Assembly: GCA_963692865.2 (NCBI GenBank)
Contig: OY843592.1
Coordinates: forward strand, 3,456,001 to 3,520,000
Origin: a bacterium
Lineage (GTDB): Bacteria > UBA8248
Direction of reading: 5' to 3'
Length of the DNA stretch: 64,000 bases
The notes beneath the pieces were generated by a model. That model worked only from the letters and a program-made list of their open reading frames with translations, ran no database searches and was not told where the DNA came from. The first letter of the stretch is position 1. Each line of letters opens with the position of its first letter. The position numbers and the translations under genes were made by a program. Below are positions 28,126 to 37,948 of this stretch, piece after piece.

Positions 28126-30480
28126 ATGAAGATTTGCACGGAAGATGTTCAGGCGGAAGTTTCGTTGGTCGAGAGGCCGGATGACCCACGGCCTCATCCC
28201 CCCGGGTTGCCCGCAACCGCAGAGGCGTACTGGCGTTCGCTGTACGAGCGGGAGCGTGCGCGCGCGGAGGCTGCGGAGGCGCGCTGCGAGGAGTTGCGGT
28301 GGAAGGAAGCCGATTCCCGCTCCCGTGCGGGCAGGCTGAAGCGGCAGTACGACAAGTGCCGGAAGAAGCTCGAGGCGGCCGCCGGGGAGGCGAAGGAAGC
28401 CCGCCGCGCGGCGAAGGACGCGCTGTCGCTCAAGGCGGAAGTGGAGCGGCTGGAGAAGCTGCTCGCGGAAGCGGGGGTCGAGCCGCGCAAGCGCAGCCCG
28501 CTCATGTCGTTGCGCATGGAGGTCGTCCGGCTTCGCAAGGAGCTCTCGGGCGTGCCGTCGCCGGGAGAGGCGGAGCGGGTGCGCAAGGCCCTGGAGGAGC
28601 GCAGGGAGACGATTCGCGCCCTGCGCAAGGAGGCCGGCCGGCGGGAGAAGGAGATTGTCCGGCTGGAGGAAGGATTGGCCCGGGAGAAGCAGAAGTCGGC
28701 GGCTCACAAGGAGACCATCCGGGAACTGGACGAGGAGGCCATCGGGCTCTACAGGAAGTTGCGGCGATTGCGCGACCAGGCGGAGGTGGTCGAGTCGTTG
28801 TCCGCGGAGGTCTACCGTCTTAAAGTCTCCCTCGGTGCTGCGGACATCGCCAGGGAACGGCTGAAGGCGCGGCTGTTGCGCGCGATGGAGGCGGCGCGCT
28901 CGAGGCCGCCGTCGCGTGGGGACGAGGAACTGCGCAAGGCCCTGGGGAGGTCGCGTCGTCAGAAGACGGCGCTCAGGTCGCTGTCCCGGGAGAACGCCCG
29001 GCTGTCCAGAGCGCTCCGCAGGTCGGAGACCCGCCGGGCACGGCTGGAGGCCGAACTCGCGAAGCTTCGCGCCACCGGAGCGGCGCTGGCGAAGAGGCTG
29101 TTCGGGCGCAAGAGCGAGCGGCAGGAGAAGCCGCGCTCGGACCGCAGGCGCGGCGGGCAGCCCGGCGCCCGGGGCCACGGGCGGACTCCCCGGCCCGCGC
29201 TCGATGAGAAGACCGAAGTCCGCAACCCGCCGGCCGATGCGCGCGTCTGCCCCTGTTGCGGGCAGCCCTACGCGGCCAACGGCGCACGTGTATCGAGCAT
29301 TATCGAGATCGAGGTCTCGGCCCACAAGCGCGTCATCCACCGTCCGAGGTGGCGGCGGGGGTGCGAATGCGCATCGTCTCCCGCCGAAGTGTCGGCGCCG
29401 CCCGCGCCGCGCCTGTTCGCGGGTACGCCTTACGGGACGAGCGTGTGGGCGCTCTTCCTGTTCGAGCGCTACGCCTGCTTCCGTCCGCTGCGCCGGGTCG
29501 CCGCGTGGCTCTCCGACCAGGGGCTCCCGATCTCGGCGGGCACGCTGGGCGACAGCATGCACCGGTTCACGCCGCTGTTCGAGCCGCTGGCCGGGGCGAT
29601 CCTCTCCCGCCAGAACGAGGCGGCGCTGCGCCACGGGGACGAGACGACCTGGCGCATACAGTCGCTTCGCGAGCAGGGACGCTCGAGCCGCGCCTGGCTG
29701 TGGACGTCGGTCAGCACGGACTCCGTCTACTTCCACGTCGACCCCTCGCGGTCTGCTGAGGTCGCGATGAAGCTCTTCGGCGCGTCCGGCCGCCATACGG
29801 TCCTCGTCTGCGACCGCTACAGCGCCTACAAGAAGCTGGCGCGCGAACTCGACGGCGCCGTAATCCTGGCCTTCTGCTGGTCGCACCAAAGAAGAACCAT
29901 CATCGACTGCGCCGCCGGCGAGGAGCGGCTGACGCCGTGGGGCGAGAGATGGATCGGGCGGATTGCGAAGCTCTACCGCCTGAACGATGCGCGCCTGGCC
30001 CGTTACGACCCGGGCGCCGAACGACAGGGCGCGGCGTTCGACGCGGCGCAGACTGCGCTCGAGAAGGCGCTCGATAGCCTGTTCACGCAGGCCCAAAGTG
30101 AACTGGCCGCCTTGCCGGCGCAGGCGCCCGAGGGCAAGGCGCTTCGCTCGCTGCTGAACCACCGCGAGGGGCTGAGCGTCTTCCTCGAGCGCCCATGGGT
30201 GCCTATGGATAATAACCAATCGGAGAGATTGCTTCGGGGTCCCGTGATCGGCAGACGCCTCTCGTTCGGCTCCGACAGCGAGGCCGGCGCCCGGTTCACG
30301 GCGATGATGTACTCCGTCCTCGGTACGCTCTCGTTAAACGGCATCGACCCGCTCCGCTGGCTCGATGCATGGCTCACGGCCTGCGCGGAGGGCGGCGGCC
30401 GGGCGCCCGGTGACATCTCGTCCTGGCTGCCCTGGTCGATGAGTGAGGAGCGCAGGCGCGCCCTCAAGGCGCCGGGATGA
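28126..30480 (+). CDS. tnpC: IS66-family DDE transposase with long N-terminal coiled coil
   Basis: LFGRKSE, CPCCG zinc finger, HGDET, VCDRYSAY, CWSH, DNNQSER. Confidence 0.9.
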   Translation: MKICTEDVQAEVSLVERPDDPRPHPPGLPATAEAYWRSLYERERARAEAAEARCEELRWKEADSRSRAGRLKRQYDKCRKKLEAAAGEAKEARRAAKDALSLKAEVERLEKLLAEAGVEPRKRSPLMSLRMEVVRLRKELSGVPSPGEAERVRKALEERRETIRALRKEAGRREKEIVRLEEGLAREKQKSAAHKETIRELDEEAIGLYRKLRRLRDQAEVVESLSAEVYRLKVSLGAADIARERLKARLLRAMEAARSRPPSRGDEELRKALGRSRRQKTALRSLSRENARLSRALRRSETRRARLEAELAKLRATGAALAKRLFGRKSERQEKPRSDRRRGGQPGARGHGRTPRPALDEKTEVRNPPADARVCPCCGQPYAANGARVSSIIEIEVSAHKRVIHRPRWRRGCECASSPAEVSAPPAPRLFAGTPYGTSVWALFLFERYACFRPLRRVAAWLSDQGLPISAGTLGDSMHRFTPLFEPLAGAILSRQNEAALRHGDETTWRIQSLREQGRSSRAWLWTSVSTDSVYFHVDPSRSAEVAMKLFGASGRHTVLVCDRYSAYKKLARELDGAVILAFCWSHQRRTIIDCAAGEERLTPWGERWIGRIAKLYRLNDARLARYDPGAERQGAAFDAAQTALEKALDSLFTQAQSELAALPAQAPEGKALRSLLNHREGLSVFLERPWVPMDNNQSERLLRGPVIGRRLSFGSDSEAGARFTAMMYSVLGTLSLNGIDPLRWLDAWLTACAEGGGRAPGDISSWLPWSMSEERRRALKAPG

Positions 30481-30484
30481 CGCC

Positions 30485-31357
30485 GTGATCGAGTGCCGCT
30501 ACTACGGACGCGACTTCACGAGCGAAGAGATGGCGCTGCTGCGCGCGCTGATCGCAGGCCCCCCGGCGCTCAACCGCCACGCGCTCTCCAGGGAGTTCTG
30601 CCGGCGCATCGGCTGGTACAAGCCCGACGGCGGGCTCAAGGACATGATGGCGCGGGTGACCATGCTCGCCATGGACAAAGACGGCCGGATCACGCTACCC
30701 CCGCCGAAGTGGCGCCAGAACCGGCCCGGCCCGATCGTCTTCGGACCCGACACCGAGGCGCCCCTCATCCCGGCGCCCGGGACCCTCGACGAGGTACGCC
30801 CCCTCGATATGCGCATCGCCGTGCGCGGGACCCGCGAGGGCAGACTCTGGAACGAGTTCGTCGCCCGCTACCACTACCTCGGCTACAAGACCCTCGTCGG
30901 CGCCCAGATGCGCTACGCCGTCCTCGACCGCGGCGGCAGGCCCCTCGCCATGCTCGGCTTCTCCACCGCCGCGTGGAAGCTCGCCCCGCGCGACGCCTTC
31001 ATCGGATGGACGCCCGAATTGCGCGAGAAGAACCTCCCCCTCGTGGTCGACAACCCGAGGTTCCTCATCCTGCCGTGGATCAAGATCCCCAACCTCGGCT
31101 CCCACATCCTCGCCATCGTCCGAAGGCGCCTGCCCGGAGACTGGACCGAGCGCTACAACACGACCCCCGTGCTCATCGAGACCTTCGTCGAGACGCCCCG
31201 CTACACCGGCGCCGTATACCGGGCCTCGGGATGGATCCGCGTCGGAACCACACAGGGCCGTGGACGCTACGACAGGCACAAACGCTTCGACAAGCCCAGG
31301 AAGGACGTCTGGCTGAGACCGCTCCGCAACAACTGGAAGCACGTCCTCAACCGCTGA
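30485..31357 (+). CDS. DUF4338 (DruA-like) domain protein
   Basis: 'YHYLGY...GAQMRY', 'RDAFIGW', 'RFLILPW...NLGSHIL', 'ETFVE...YTGAVYRASGW..VGTTQGRG'. Confidence 0.8.
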   Translation: MIECRYYGRDFTSEEMALLRALIAGPPALNRHALSREFCRRIGWYKPDGGLKDMMARVTMLAMDKDGRITLPPPKWRQNRPGPIVFGPDTEAPLIPAPGTLDEVRPLDMRIAVRGTREGRLWNEFVARYHYLGYKTLVGAQMRYAVLDRGGRPLAMLGFSTAAWKLAPRDAFIGWTPELREKNLPLVVDNPRFLILPWIKIPNLGSHILAIVRRRLPGDWTERYNTTPVLIETFVETPRYTGAVYRASGWIRVGTTQGRGRYDRHKRFDKPRKDVWLRPLRNNWKHVLNR

Positions 31358-31873
31358 AACAACTCCCGTCACCCTGTCGCCGAACGTTTACCCCGACAAC
31401 TACTCCCCAGGGTACGCAGGCCTTGTAACGAATCCGCTTTCGGTTTGATTACGGGTTGTGAAGGGCGAATTCCATCAGAAACAGATATCTGCAATAATAT
31501 CAACAGGATAAATGGATTTTGCCGTTGCTGGATACGGCTTGAATAATCTAATTTATCGAAAAACCACGTGAATTTATCCGAATTTATACAATTTTTCAGG
31601 AATTCCCCTGGCCCCGAGCGGAGAGGGAGAGAGGGTGGTCGAGGAGTGAAAATTCCTCCCCCTCTCAATCCGAATCGCCTTTTCCATTTTCTTCCCTCCT
31701 CCCGCCGCCGGGAACGGCTTTTTCCCGCGCCGGAATTCTCGCCTATCCCGGCGAAGACGCGATAACCGCAAATGCGGGGAAATGCGCCCTTCGACGGGTT
31801 CAGGACGGACCCTTCGATACGCGGTTTCGCCGCTACTCGGGGTGAGGGAATTCCGATCATCGAATCGTTCACC

Positions 31874-32278
31874 GCAGGGACAGGCCCCCGCGCCTGTCCT
31901 GATGAAGCGCACCCCCTCGATACGGACGGCCGCGGAGGCCCCGCCGTTCCGTTGGGGTCGCCCCACGCATGTATGCGTCCCATGATCGGAAGAAAGGCCG
32001 GGCCGCATGTCTGCGGCTCCTACGGAAAGCAATCCGCTGCCCCCCTTGGCAGGGTTTTTCAACAGCCCCGATGAGGGAGCGATTGCAATCGCGGGCATGG
32101 TTCGCCCGTCATGCCGGAACCCTATCGTCCGGCATCCTGTAGGGGCGGTTCGCGAACCGCCCTGCTTTCTTAGGTCGAAATTTCCGCGCCTTATCCTGAA
32201 ATGCGTGTGCTTTGGGTTGAAAATAGATGACCGATTCCAGGCGAGAGATTGTGTAGGGGCGGACCTATGTGTCCGCCC
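31874..32278. repeat. Cluster of GTAG-type REP-like palindromes
   Basis: GCAG-GGACAGGC..GCCTGTCC (31874), GTAG-GGGCGGTTC..GAACCGCCC (32139), GTAG-GGGCGGAC..GTCCGCCC (32253). Confidence 0.65.
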
Positions 32279-32409
32279 AATTTTTCGTCATTCCGGTATT
32301 TAACCCGACTGAGGATGGGAGATTTTCTGAATCCAGAACTTGGCCAGCTAGGAACCACGCCCGAAAATATGCGACACTCCCGTCCCATGAACACGCAGGG
32401 GAAAGAATA

Positions 32410-35400
32410 ATGTCGGAACAAAACCCGGCGAGCGCGCTTCGCGCATATCGCCGTGAGGTGGAACAGGCGCACGCGACCGGGCAGGCGACCGAGCACAGCT
32501 ATCGGCCCGCACTCAAGTCGCTCATCGAGACTTTGGGCGGCGATGGTGTCCTCGCACTGAACGAACCCGCGCACGTCGCCTGCGGCGCGCCTGATTTCAT
32601 CGTCGAGCGGAGCGATGTCCCCATAGGCCACATCGAATGCAAGGACGTCGGCCTCAATCTGGATCGCGTCGAAATCGACGATCAGTTGAAGCGCTACCGA
32701 AAGGGCCTGCCGAATCTCATACTCACGGATTACCTGGAGTTTCGCTGGTTCGTGGAAGGAGAAATACGCGAAACGGCGCGTTTGGGGCGCATTGACGCCC
32801 AAGGCAATATCGCGGTGGACAGGGCAGGCTCTGAAAAGGTCAAGGCGTTGCTCGGCGCATTCTTCGAGGCTGATCCGCCTTCCATCAACAGCCCGCGCGA
32901 ACTCGCCGAACGCATGGCGGCCAAGGCGCGCCTGTTGCGGGACGGCATCGGACGCATTCTTGAACGCGGCGATCAGGCGGGTTCGCTGCGTGAATTGCTG
33001 GAGGGCTATCGCAACGTTCTGATCGCCGGTCTCTCGACGGAGGAATTCGCCGATTTACAGGCGCAGACCGCCGCCTACGGTTTGTTCGCGGCGCGCTGCC
33101 TCCACGATTCCCAGGCGGAGCCGTTTACGCGCCAATCCGCCGTGTTCACGGACACGACGCCGTTTTTGCGCGACCTCTTCGGCCGCATTGCCGGTCCCGG
33201 CATCGACCCCCGCCTTGCGTGGATCGTGGACGATCTGGCGTTGTTGCTGAAGCGGGCGGACATGGCGGCGATCCTCGCCGATTTCGGCGGACGAACGCGG
33301 CGGGAAGACCCGGTGGTGCATTTTTACGAGGATTTTCTGGCCGCCTACGATCCGGGGCTGCGCGAGACGCGCGGCGTCTACTATACGCCGGAACCCGTGG
33401 TTTCCTATATCGTGCGGAGTCTGGATCGCCTGCTTCGCGCCCGCTTCGATCTGGCGGACGGACTTGCGGATACCGCAGCAATCACGCTCGAAACGCCCGA
33501 CGGCGGAGGGGCGTCGAGTCCGAGAGTGCTGATTCTCGATCCCTCGGCGGGCACGGGCACCTTCCTGCGAGAAACAGTCGCCACGATTCGCCGAACGATT
33601 GAGGAGAAAGGACTGATCGGCGCCTGGCCCGATTACGTTCGGAAACATCTTTTGGAGAGGTTGTTCGGCTTCGAGTTGCTGATGGCTCCCTATGCGATCT
33701 GCCATCTCAAGCTCGCGCTCGAAATCGGCGGCGCGGACGCCGGGTTCAGAATGCCGGACGGCCAGCGTCTCGGCATCTTCCTCACCAACACGCTGGAAGA
33801 GGCGCACGAGAGAACCAGCGACCCGTTGTTCGCTTCCGAGATATTGCGCGAGGCGGCCAGCGCGGACGCCGTGAAGCGCGAGAAGCCCGTGATGGTGGTG
33901 CTCGGCAATCCTCCCTATTCCGGCCACTCCGCCAACAAGGGAGCGTGGATCAGGGCCTTGTTACGGGGAGACGGAGCCGGAGCGGCCGGCAGTTATTTCC
34001 ATATTGATCGGCAATCAATCGGCGAAAGGAATCCCAAGTGGCTGAACGATGATTACGTCAAGTTCATCCGCTTTGCGCAGTGGCGGATAGAGCGCACCGG
34101 CGAGGGCGTTCTCGGCTTTGTTACAAATCACGCCTATCTCGATAATCCAACTTTTCGGGGAATGCGCCGCAGTTTGATGGAAACTTTCGATGAGATATAC
34201 CTGCTCGACCTGCACGGCAACGCCAAGAAGAGAGAAAAGGCGCCGGATGGTGGGAAGGACGAGAACGTGTTCGACATTCAGCAGGGCGTCGCCATCGGTC
34301 TTTTCGTCAAGCAGGGTGAAACTGCCGACACTCCGGCGCGGGTATTTCATACCGATCTTTGGGGCGCGCGGGAAGCCGGGCCGGACGGTGGCAAATACGG
34401 CTGGCTGGCCGCCAACGACGTCGAAAGCACCAAATGGACGGAGCTCTCGCCCAAATCGCCTCTTTACCTTTTCATTCCGCGCAACGAAGAACTGGCCGGG
34501 GAATACGAGAAGGGCCATAAACTCACCGCAATTTTTCCCGTCAATTCCGTCGGAATCGTAACGGCGCGCGACAGGCTGGCGATTCAGTGGACGGCGGACG
34601 ATATGTGTCGGGTCGCCGAGGACTTCGTTTCGCGTGATGCCGAAGATGCAAGAAACATTTTTGCGCTCGGCAAGGATTCCAAAGATTGGAAAGTCGTAGA
34701 TGCACAACAGGACATACGAGACCATTCCGAAGTGGATCAGCGGACCACGCCCGTACTATATCGACCATTCGATACTCGGTTCACTTATTACACTGGTCGG
34801 GCTGGCGGCTTCATTTGCCGTCCTCGTCCAAATGTCATGCAGCACATGCTGGCCGGGCCGAATTTGGGTCTCTCAAGTACCAGATCGACTGAAATAGCCG
34901 GGGGCTGGGAACACGTTTTTATCTCACGAACTATTACTCAACATCACACGGTATCGCTGAAAGAAGTAAATTATCTCTTTCCTCTCTACCTCTACCCGCG
35001 GGAAACCCCATCGGATGCCGGTCAGGCGCGTGAGCCGAATATCGACAGGGAGTTTGCCAAGGCAGTCGCTTCCGCCGTCGGCCTCGAATTCGTCTCCGAG
35101 AACAAGGGCGATCTCGCGGCCACATTCGGGCCGGAGGATTTGTTTCACTACATCTACGCCGTGCTTCACAGTCCCGAATACCGCCGCCGCTATGCGGATT
35201 TTCTGAAATCGGATTTTCCAAGGGTTTCATTCACAACAGACCGCGCGCTCTTCGCCGCTCTCGCCGGCATCGGCGCGCGCCTCGCCGCCCTTCACCTGAT
35301 GGAAGCCGATGCAGGCGATAAGCCCGCCTTTCCGCGCTCAGGCGACAACCGGGTGGATAAAGTGCGCTATGCGCCGCCTTCCAAGGACGCGCCGGGCCGT

Positions 35401-35634
35401 GTGTGGATCAACGACGCGCAGTATTTCGAGGGCGTGTCGCCGGAAACTTGGGCCTTTACCATCGGCGGCTACCGCCCGGCGGAGAAGTGGCTGAAAGACC
35501 GCAAGAACCGCGTCCTTTCATACGACGAAATCGCCCATTACGCGCGAATCTGCGCGGTCTTGGCCGAAACGCCCAGGGTCATGGTCCGCATCGACGAAAC
35601 GATTGAGGCGCACGGCGGCTGGCCGCTCGCTTGA
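32410..35634 (+). CDS. Single-chain restriction-modification enzyme (Type IIG/IIL-like; N6-adenine MTase, Type ISP-like C-terminal specificity domain)
   Basis: N-terminal PD..ECK nuclease; GVYYTP, LDPSAGTGTF, GNPPY; no helicase motifs. Confidence 0.85.
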   Translation: MSEQNPASALRAYRREVEQAHATGQATEHSYRPALKSLIETLGGDGVLALNEPAHVACGAPDFIVERSDVPIGHIECKDVGLNLDRVEIDDQLKRYRKGLPNLILTDYLEFRWFVEGEIRETARLGRIDAQGNIAVDRAGSEKVKALLGAFFEADPPSINSPRELAERMAAKARLLRDGIGRILERGDQAGSLRELLEGYRNVLIAGLSTEEFADLQAQTAAYGLFAARCLHDSQAEPFTRQSAVFTDTTPFLRDLFGRIAGPGIDPRLAWIVDDLALLLKRADMAAILADFGGRTRREDPVVHFYEDFLAAYDPGLRETRGVYYTPEPVVSYIVRSLDRLLRARFDLADGLADTAAITLETPDGGGASSPRVLILDPSAGTGTFLRETVATIRRTIEEKGLIGAWPDYVRKHLLERLFGFELLMAPYAICHLKLALEIGGADAGFRMPDGQRLGIFLTNTLEEAHERTSDPLFASEILREAASADAVKREKPVMVVLGNPPYSGHSANKGAWIRALLRGDGAGAAGSYFHIDRQSIGERNPKWLNDDYVKFIRFAQWRIERTGEGVLGFVTNHAYLDNPTFRGMRRSLMETFDEIYLLDLHGNAKKREKAPDGGKDENVFDIQQGVAIGLFVKQGETADTPARVFHTDLWGAREAGPDGGKYGWLAANDVESTKWTELSPKSPLYLFIPRNEELAGEYEKGHKLTAIFPVNSVGIVTARDRLAIQWTADDMCRVAEDFVSRDAEDARNIFALGKDSKDWKVVDAQQDIRDHSEVDQRTTPVLYRPFDTRFTYYTGRAGGFICRPRPNVMQHMLAGPNLGLSSTRSTEIAGGWEHVFISRTITQHHTVSLKEVNYLFPLYLYPRETPSDAGQAREPNIDREFAKAVASAVGLEFVSENKGDLAATFGPEDLFHYIYAVLHSPEYRRRYADFLKSDFPRVSFTTDRALFAALAGIGARLAALHLMEADAGDKPAFPRSGDNRVDKVRYAPPSKDAPGRVWINDAQYFEGVSPETWAFTIGGYRPAEKWLKDRKNRVLSYDEIAHYARICAVLAETPRVMVRIDETIEAHGGWPLA

Positions 35635-35742
35635 GTCGCGCCTCGCCTGGATGAACGCGCCCGCCGTTATAGTCGTTATCAATCAACACGCATTCGGCTT
35701 GCGCCCGAAAAGCCCTCAATCCGCTCATCGAAAACGATGCGG

Positions 35743-36408
35743 TCAATCGACTCCCATCGATGCCAGAAATCGTATCTTGTCCCGAAAATAACAAAAACTG
35801 GGCGATTCGTTCTTTTCTATATCCATGACCGGCGAAATGTTATCGGCCCATTTCGACTTTTCCATTCCTACGGCCTGCCATCCATTTTTCTGTAAAGCGA
35901 CTACTCCGCCGGGATAAACGGCGTCGGCCAGGGTTTCCCAAGTGCCGCAAATCGAATCCTTCACATAGTTATCGAGTATCGTCTTTTTGGCATTTGGGTA
36001 GGCCCGCATGACCGCCGCAAGATCGCCTAGTAACCAAGCCTCTCCTTCTTCTATTGCAAAGCAGAAATTGGTTTTCGGTTTCGGGTGAATGGCGTTCAAA
36101 AGATTGATAAGCTCGGCGCGAAATTCCTTGTGGCACTTGTCGTCGAGATCACAGACAAAGATCAGCGCAGCGGAATATCCGGGCGGATGATTAGAGAATG
36201 TCCGCCCATACGCTCTCAGCAGACGAGGAAGTTGATCGAGCAGGATGCGTTTCCAAGGATCAGTCTTTGGCACAAGGCCTTTGGGGAGTCGCCCGATACC
36301 CTTGTAAAAGATGACTTTGCAGGTATGTTCGTCTCCAATGATTTTAGGAACGATGACATCCAGCATTCTTTTGCCTGATTGGTCCTCGACCAGAATTTCA
36401 AAGTGCAC
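35743..36408 (-). CDS. DUF4276-family (TOPRIM-like) protein
   Basis: 'ILVEDQSG', 'CDLD', 'EEGEAWLLGD', 'NESPSF'; GTG start 4 nt after the ATPase stop. Confidence 0.7.
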   Translation of the reverse strand: MHFEILVEDQSGKRMLDVIVPKIIGDEHTCKVIFYKGIGRLPKGLVPKTDPWKRILLDQLPRLLRAYGRTFSNHPPGYSAALIFVCDLDDKCHKEFRAELINLLNAIHPKPKTNFCFAIEEGEAWLLGDLAAVMRAYPNAKKTILDNYVKDSICGTWETLADAVYPGGVVALQKNGWQAVGMEKSKWADNISPVMDIEKNESPSFCYFRDKIRFLASMGVD

Positions 36409-36412
36409 CCGA

Positions 36413-37684
36413 TTACTTTCCGTCCAAATAGTCGCTGTACCACAGCCCCCCCAAAGGAAGCCCTTCGGCAACCAGATTCGTTATCGCCTCATCTTCGCTG
36501 GCGCGCCTTACCTTTGCGAAACCATCGTCACCTTTTTCGAGTATCCAGACTTCCTCGGGGTCGAGAGCATCGACAAAATATGGCTGATGCGTGGTGATGA
36601 AAACCTGCGACCCGCCTCCTTTTCCGGTAGCATGAGCGCGAAATTCTTGAGCCAGCGTCTCGAGTAATTTGTGGTACAAGCCGTTTTCCGGTTCCTCGAT
36701 ACACAAGAACGGCGGTGGCGAGGGATCTTCGAGCAATAGAAGATATGCGAAAACCTTCAACGTCCCATCCGACATTTGCTGGGCGTAGAATGGATCCTCA
36801 AACCCCTTGTCGTTGAACCGCAGCAGCAAACGGCCGTCGGGCGTTCGTTCGGTGTCGATTTGATCTACTCCCGGAATCTTCTCCGCTATGCGCGTCAAAA
36901 TAGACTGAAATCGTTTGGGGTGCTCCCTCTGCATGAATTGGACGACGTTTCCAAGGTTATCGCCATGAATGTTCAGGTGCTTTTGGGGACCGGCGAGCGG
37001 CAGATCCCGAGCCGCGTCCGGAGTGAAATAGCTTAAATACCAATCCTCAATGAAACGCCGAAAGGCTGCGATTCGAGGATGCTGCTTCAACGAACCCAGC
37101 GTCGCTATGCCGAGATGGCCGGCGTCATCGAGTTCGACGGCTTCTTGTTCCGGCGATTCACTCAACTCCGTATCCGGAATCTGTGTTCCTGAGATGTCAT
37201 CGTCATCATTGATGGTATTAAGAGCCTCTTCGCCCTTCCAGGCGACGCCTCGGCCACCTTCGAGACGCAAGAACGAGAAAGGACGACCGCGCCCTTGCCC
37301 CTTACGTCTTTGCCGGAGGCGCTCGCTTGAGACGAATGGCCGCCCTTGTTGCTCGTCAATGGACAATTCGTAGGTAATCGGGCGGGAGTTGCCTTGCTGT
37401 CGATAATATATTTCGAACCGAATCGGGTCGGTTAGCCCTTGCGTGCGAAGGCGTTGAAATCCTCCGCGCCCACGGGAATCGCACGCTTCCTCGACACCGG
37501 ATTTCAACGCATCGGCCAGAAAACCCAAAGCATCGAAGATGGTGCTTTTCCCGACGCCGTTCTTGCCGATGACCGCCGTCATGGGCGTTAAGGGATCGAT
37601 TTGCTGAGTATTCCAGAGCTTGCCGAGCGTTACGTCTTTGAGAACGCGATAATTTTCGATGCGAAATCCTTCAATTGTCGCCAT
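36413..37684 (-). CDS. ABC/AAA_21-type ATPase
   Basis: GKNGVGKS Walker A, MSDGT signature, IEEPENGL Walker B, TTH. Confidence 0.9.
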   Translation of the reverse strand: MATIEGFRIENYRVLKDVTLGKLWNTQQIDPLTPMTAVIGKNGVGKSTIFDALGFLADALKSGVEEACDSRGRGGFQRLRTQGLTDPIRFEIYYRQQGNSRPITYELSIDEQQGRPFVSSERLRQRRKGQGRGRPFSFLRLEGGRGVAWKGEEALNTINDDDDISGTQIPDTELSESPEQEAVELDDAGHLGIATLGSLKQHPRIAAFRRFIEDWYLSYFTPDAARDLPLAGPQKHLNIHGDNLGNVVQFMQREHPKRFQSILTRIAEKIPGVDQIDTERTPDGRLLLRFNDKGFEDPFYAQQMSDGTLKVFAYLLLLEDPSPPPFLCIEEPENGLYHKLLETLAQEFRAHATGKGGGSQVFITTHQPYFVDALDPEEVWILEKGDDGFAKVRRASEDEAITNLVAEGLPLGGLWYSDYLDGK

Positions 37685-37948
37685 GACAACAGTCTCCGCC
37701 TCCGAAAAAAATCGCACCCTTTATTATTGCTTGCCCTGAATCCTGGCCTGGCGAATCGGTGCTTTCGCCCTATCGGAACTAAATCATCGCTCACGACTCG
37801 GCCATAGTCTCATATCAGAACGATGCATAGAATAGCCGGTATCGCCTCACACAGGATTCCGAAACCTCTATAAGTTTCCAAGGCGAGGCCAACCCTCTCT
37901 TTTACGGCCTGCAACAAACAGCTATCGCACTTCCCGAACCGCCCCCCC

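Larger units (their letters stand above)
28017..31391 (+). mobile_element. IS66-family element (3375 bp) with DUF4338 passenger gene
   Basis: Perfect 26-bp terminal IRs GTAAACGTTCGGCGACAGGGTGACGG (28017-28042 / 31366-31391); flanks tCCGACAA / cCCGACAA (8-bp TSD with one mismatch). Confidence 0.9.

Noticed and set aside
27955-30219. 754-aa antisense ORF (and similar long antisense ORFs over the helicase, ftsA, E1 and binding-protein genes)
   Set aside because: Shadow frames of GC-rich coding sequence with no recognisable motifs
30485-31357. Druantia defence system
   Set aside because: Only the DUF4338 domain is present, inside IS ends; no DruE helicase or other Dru genes
27866-31560. A gene interrupted by the IS66 insertion
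   Set aside because: Rejoining the flanks gives an open minus-strand frame, but it has no recognisable protein features or clear start
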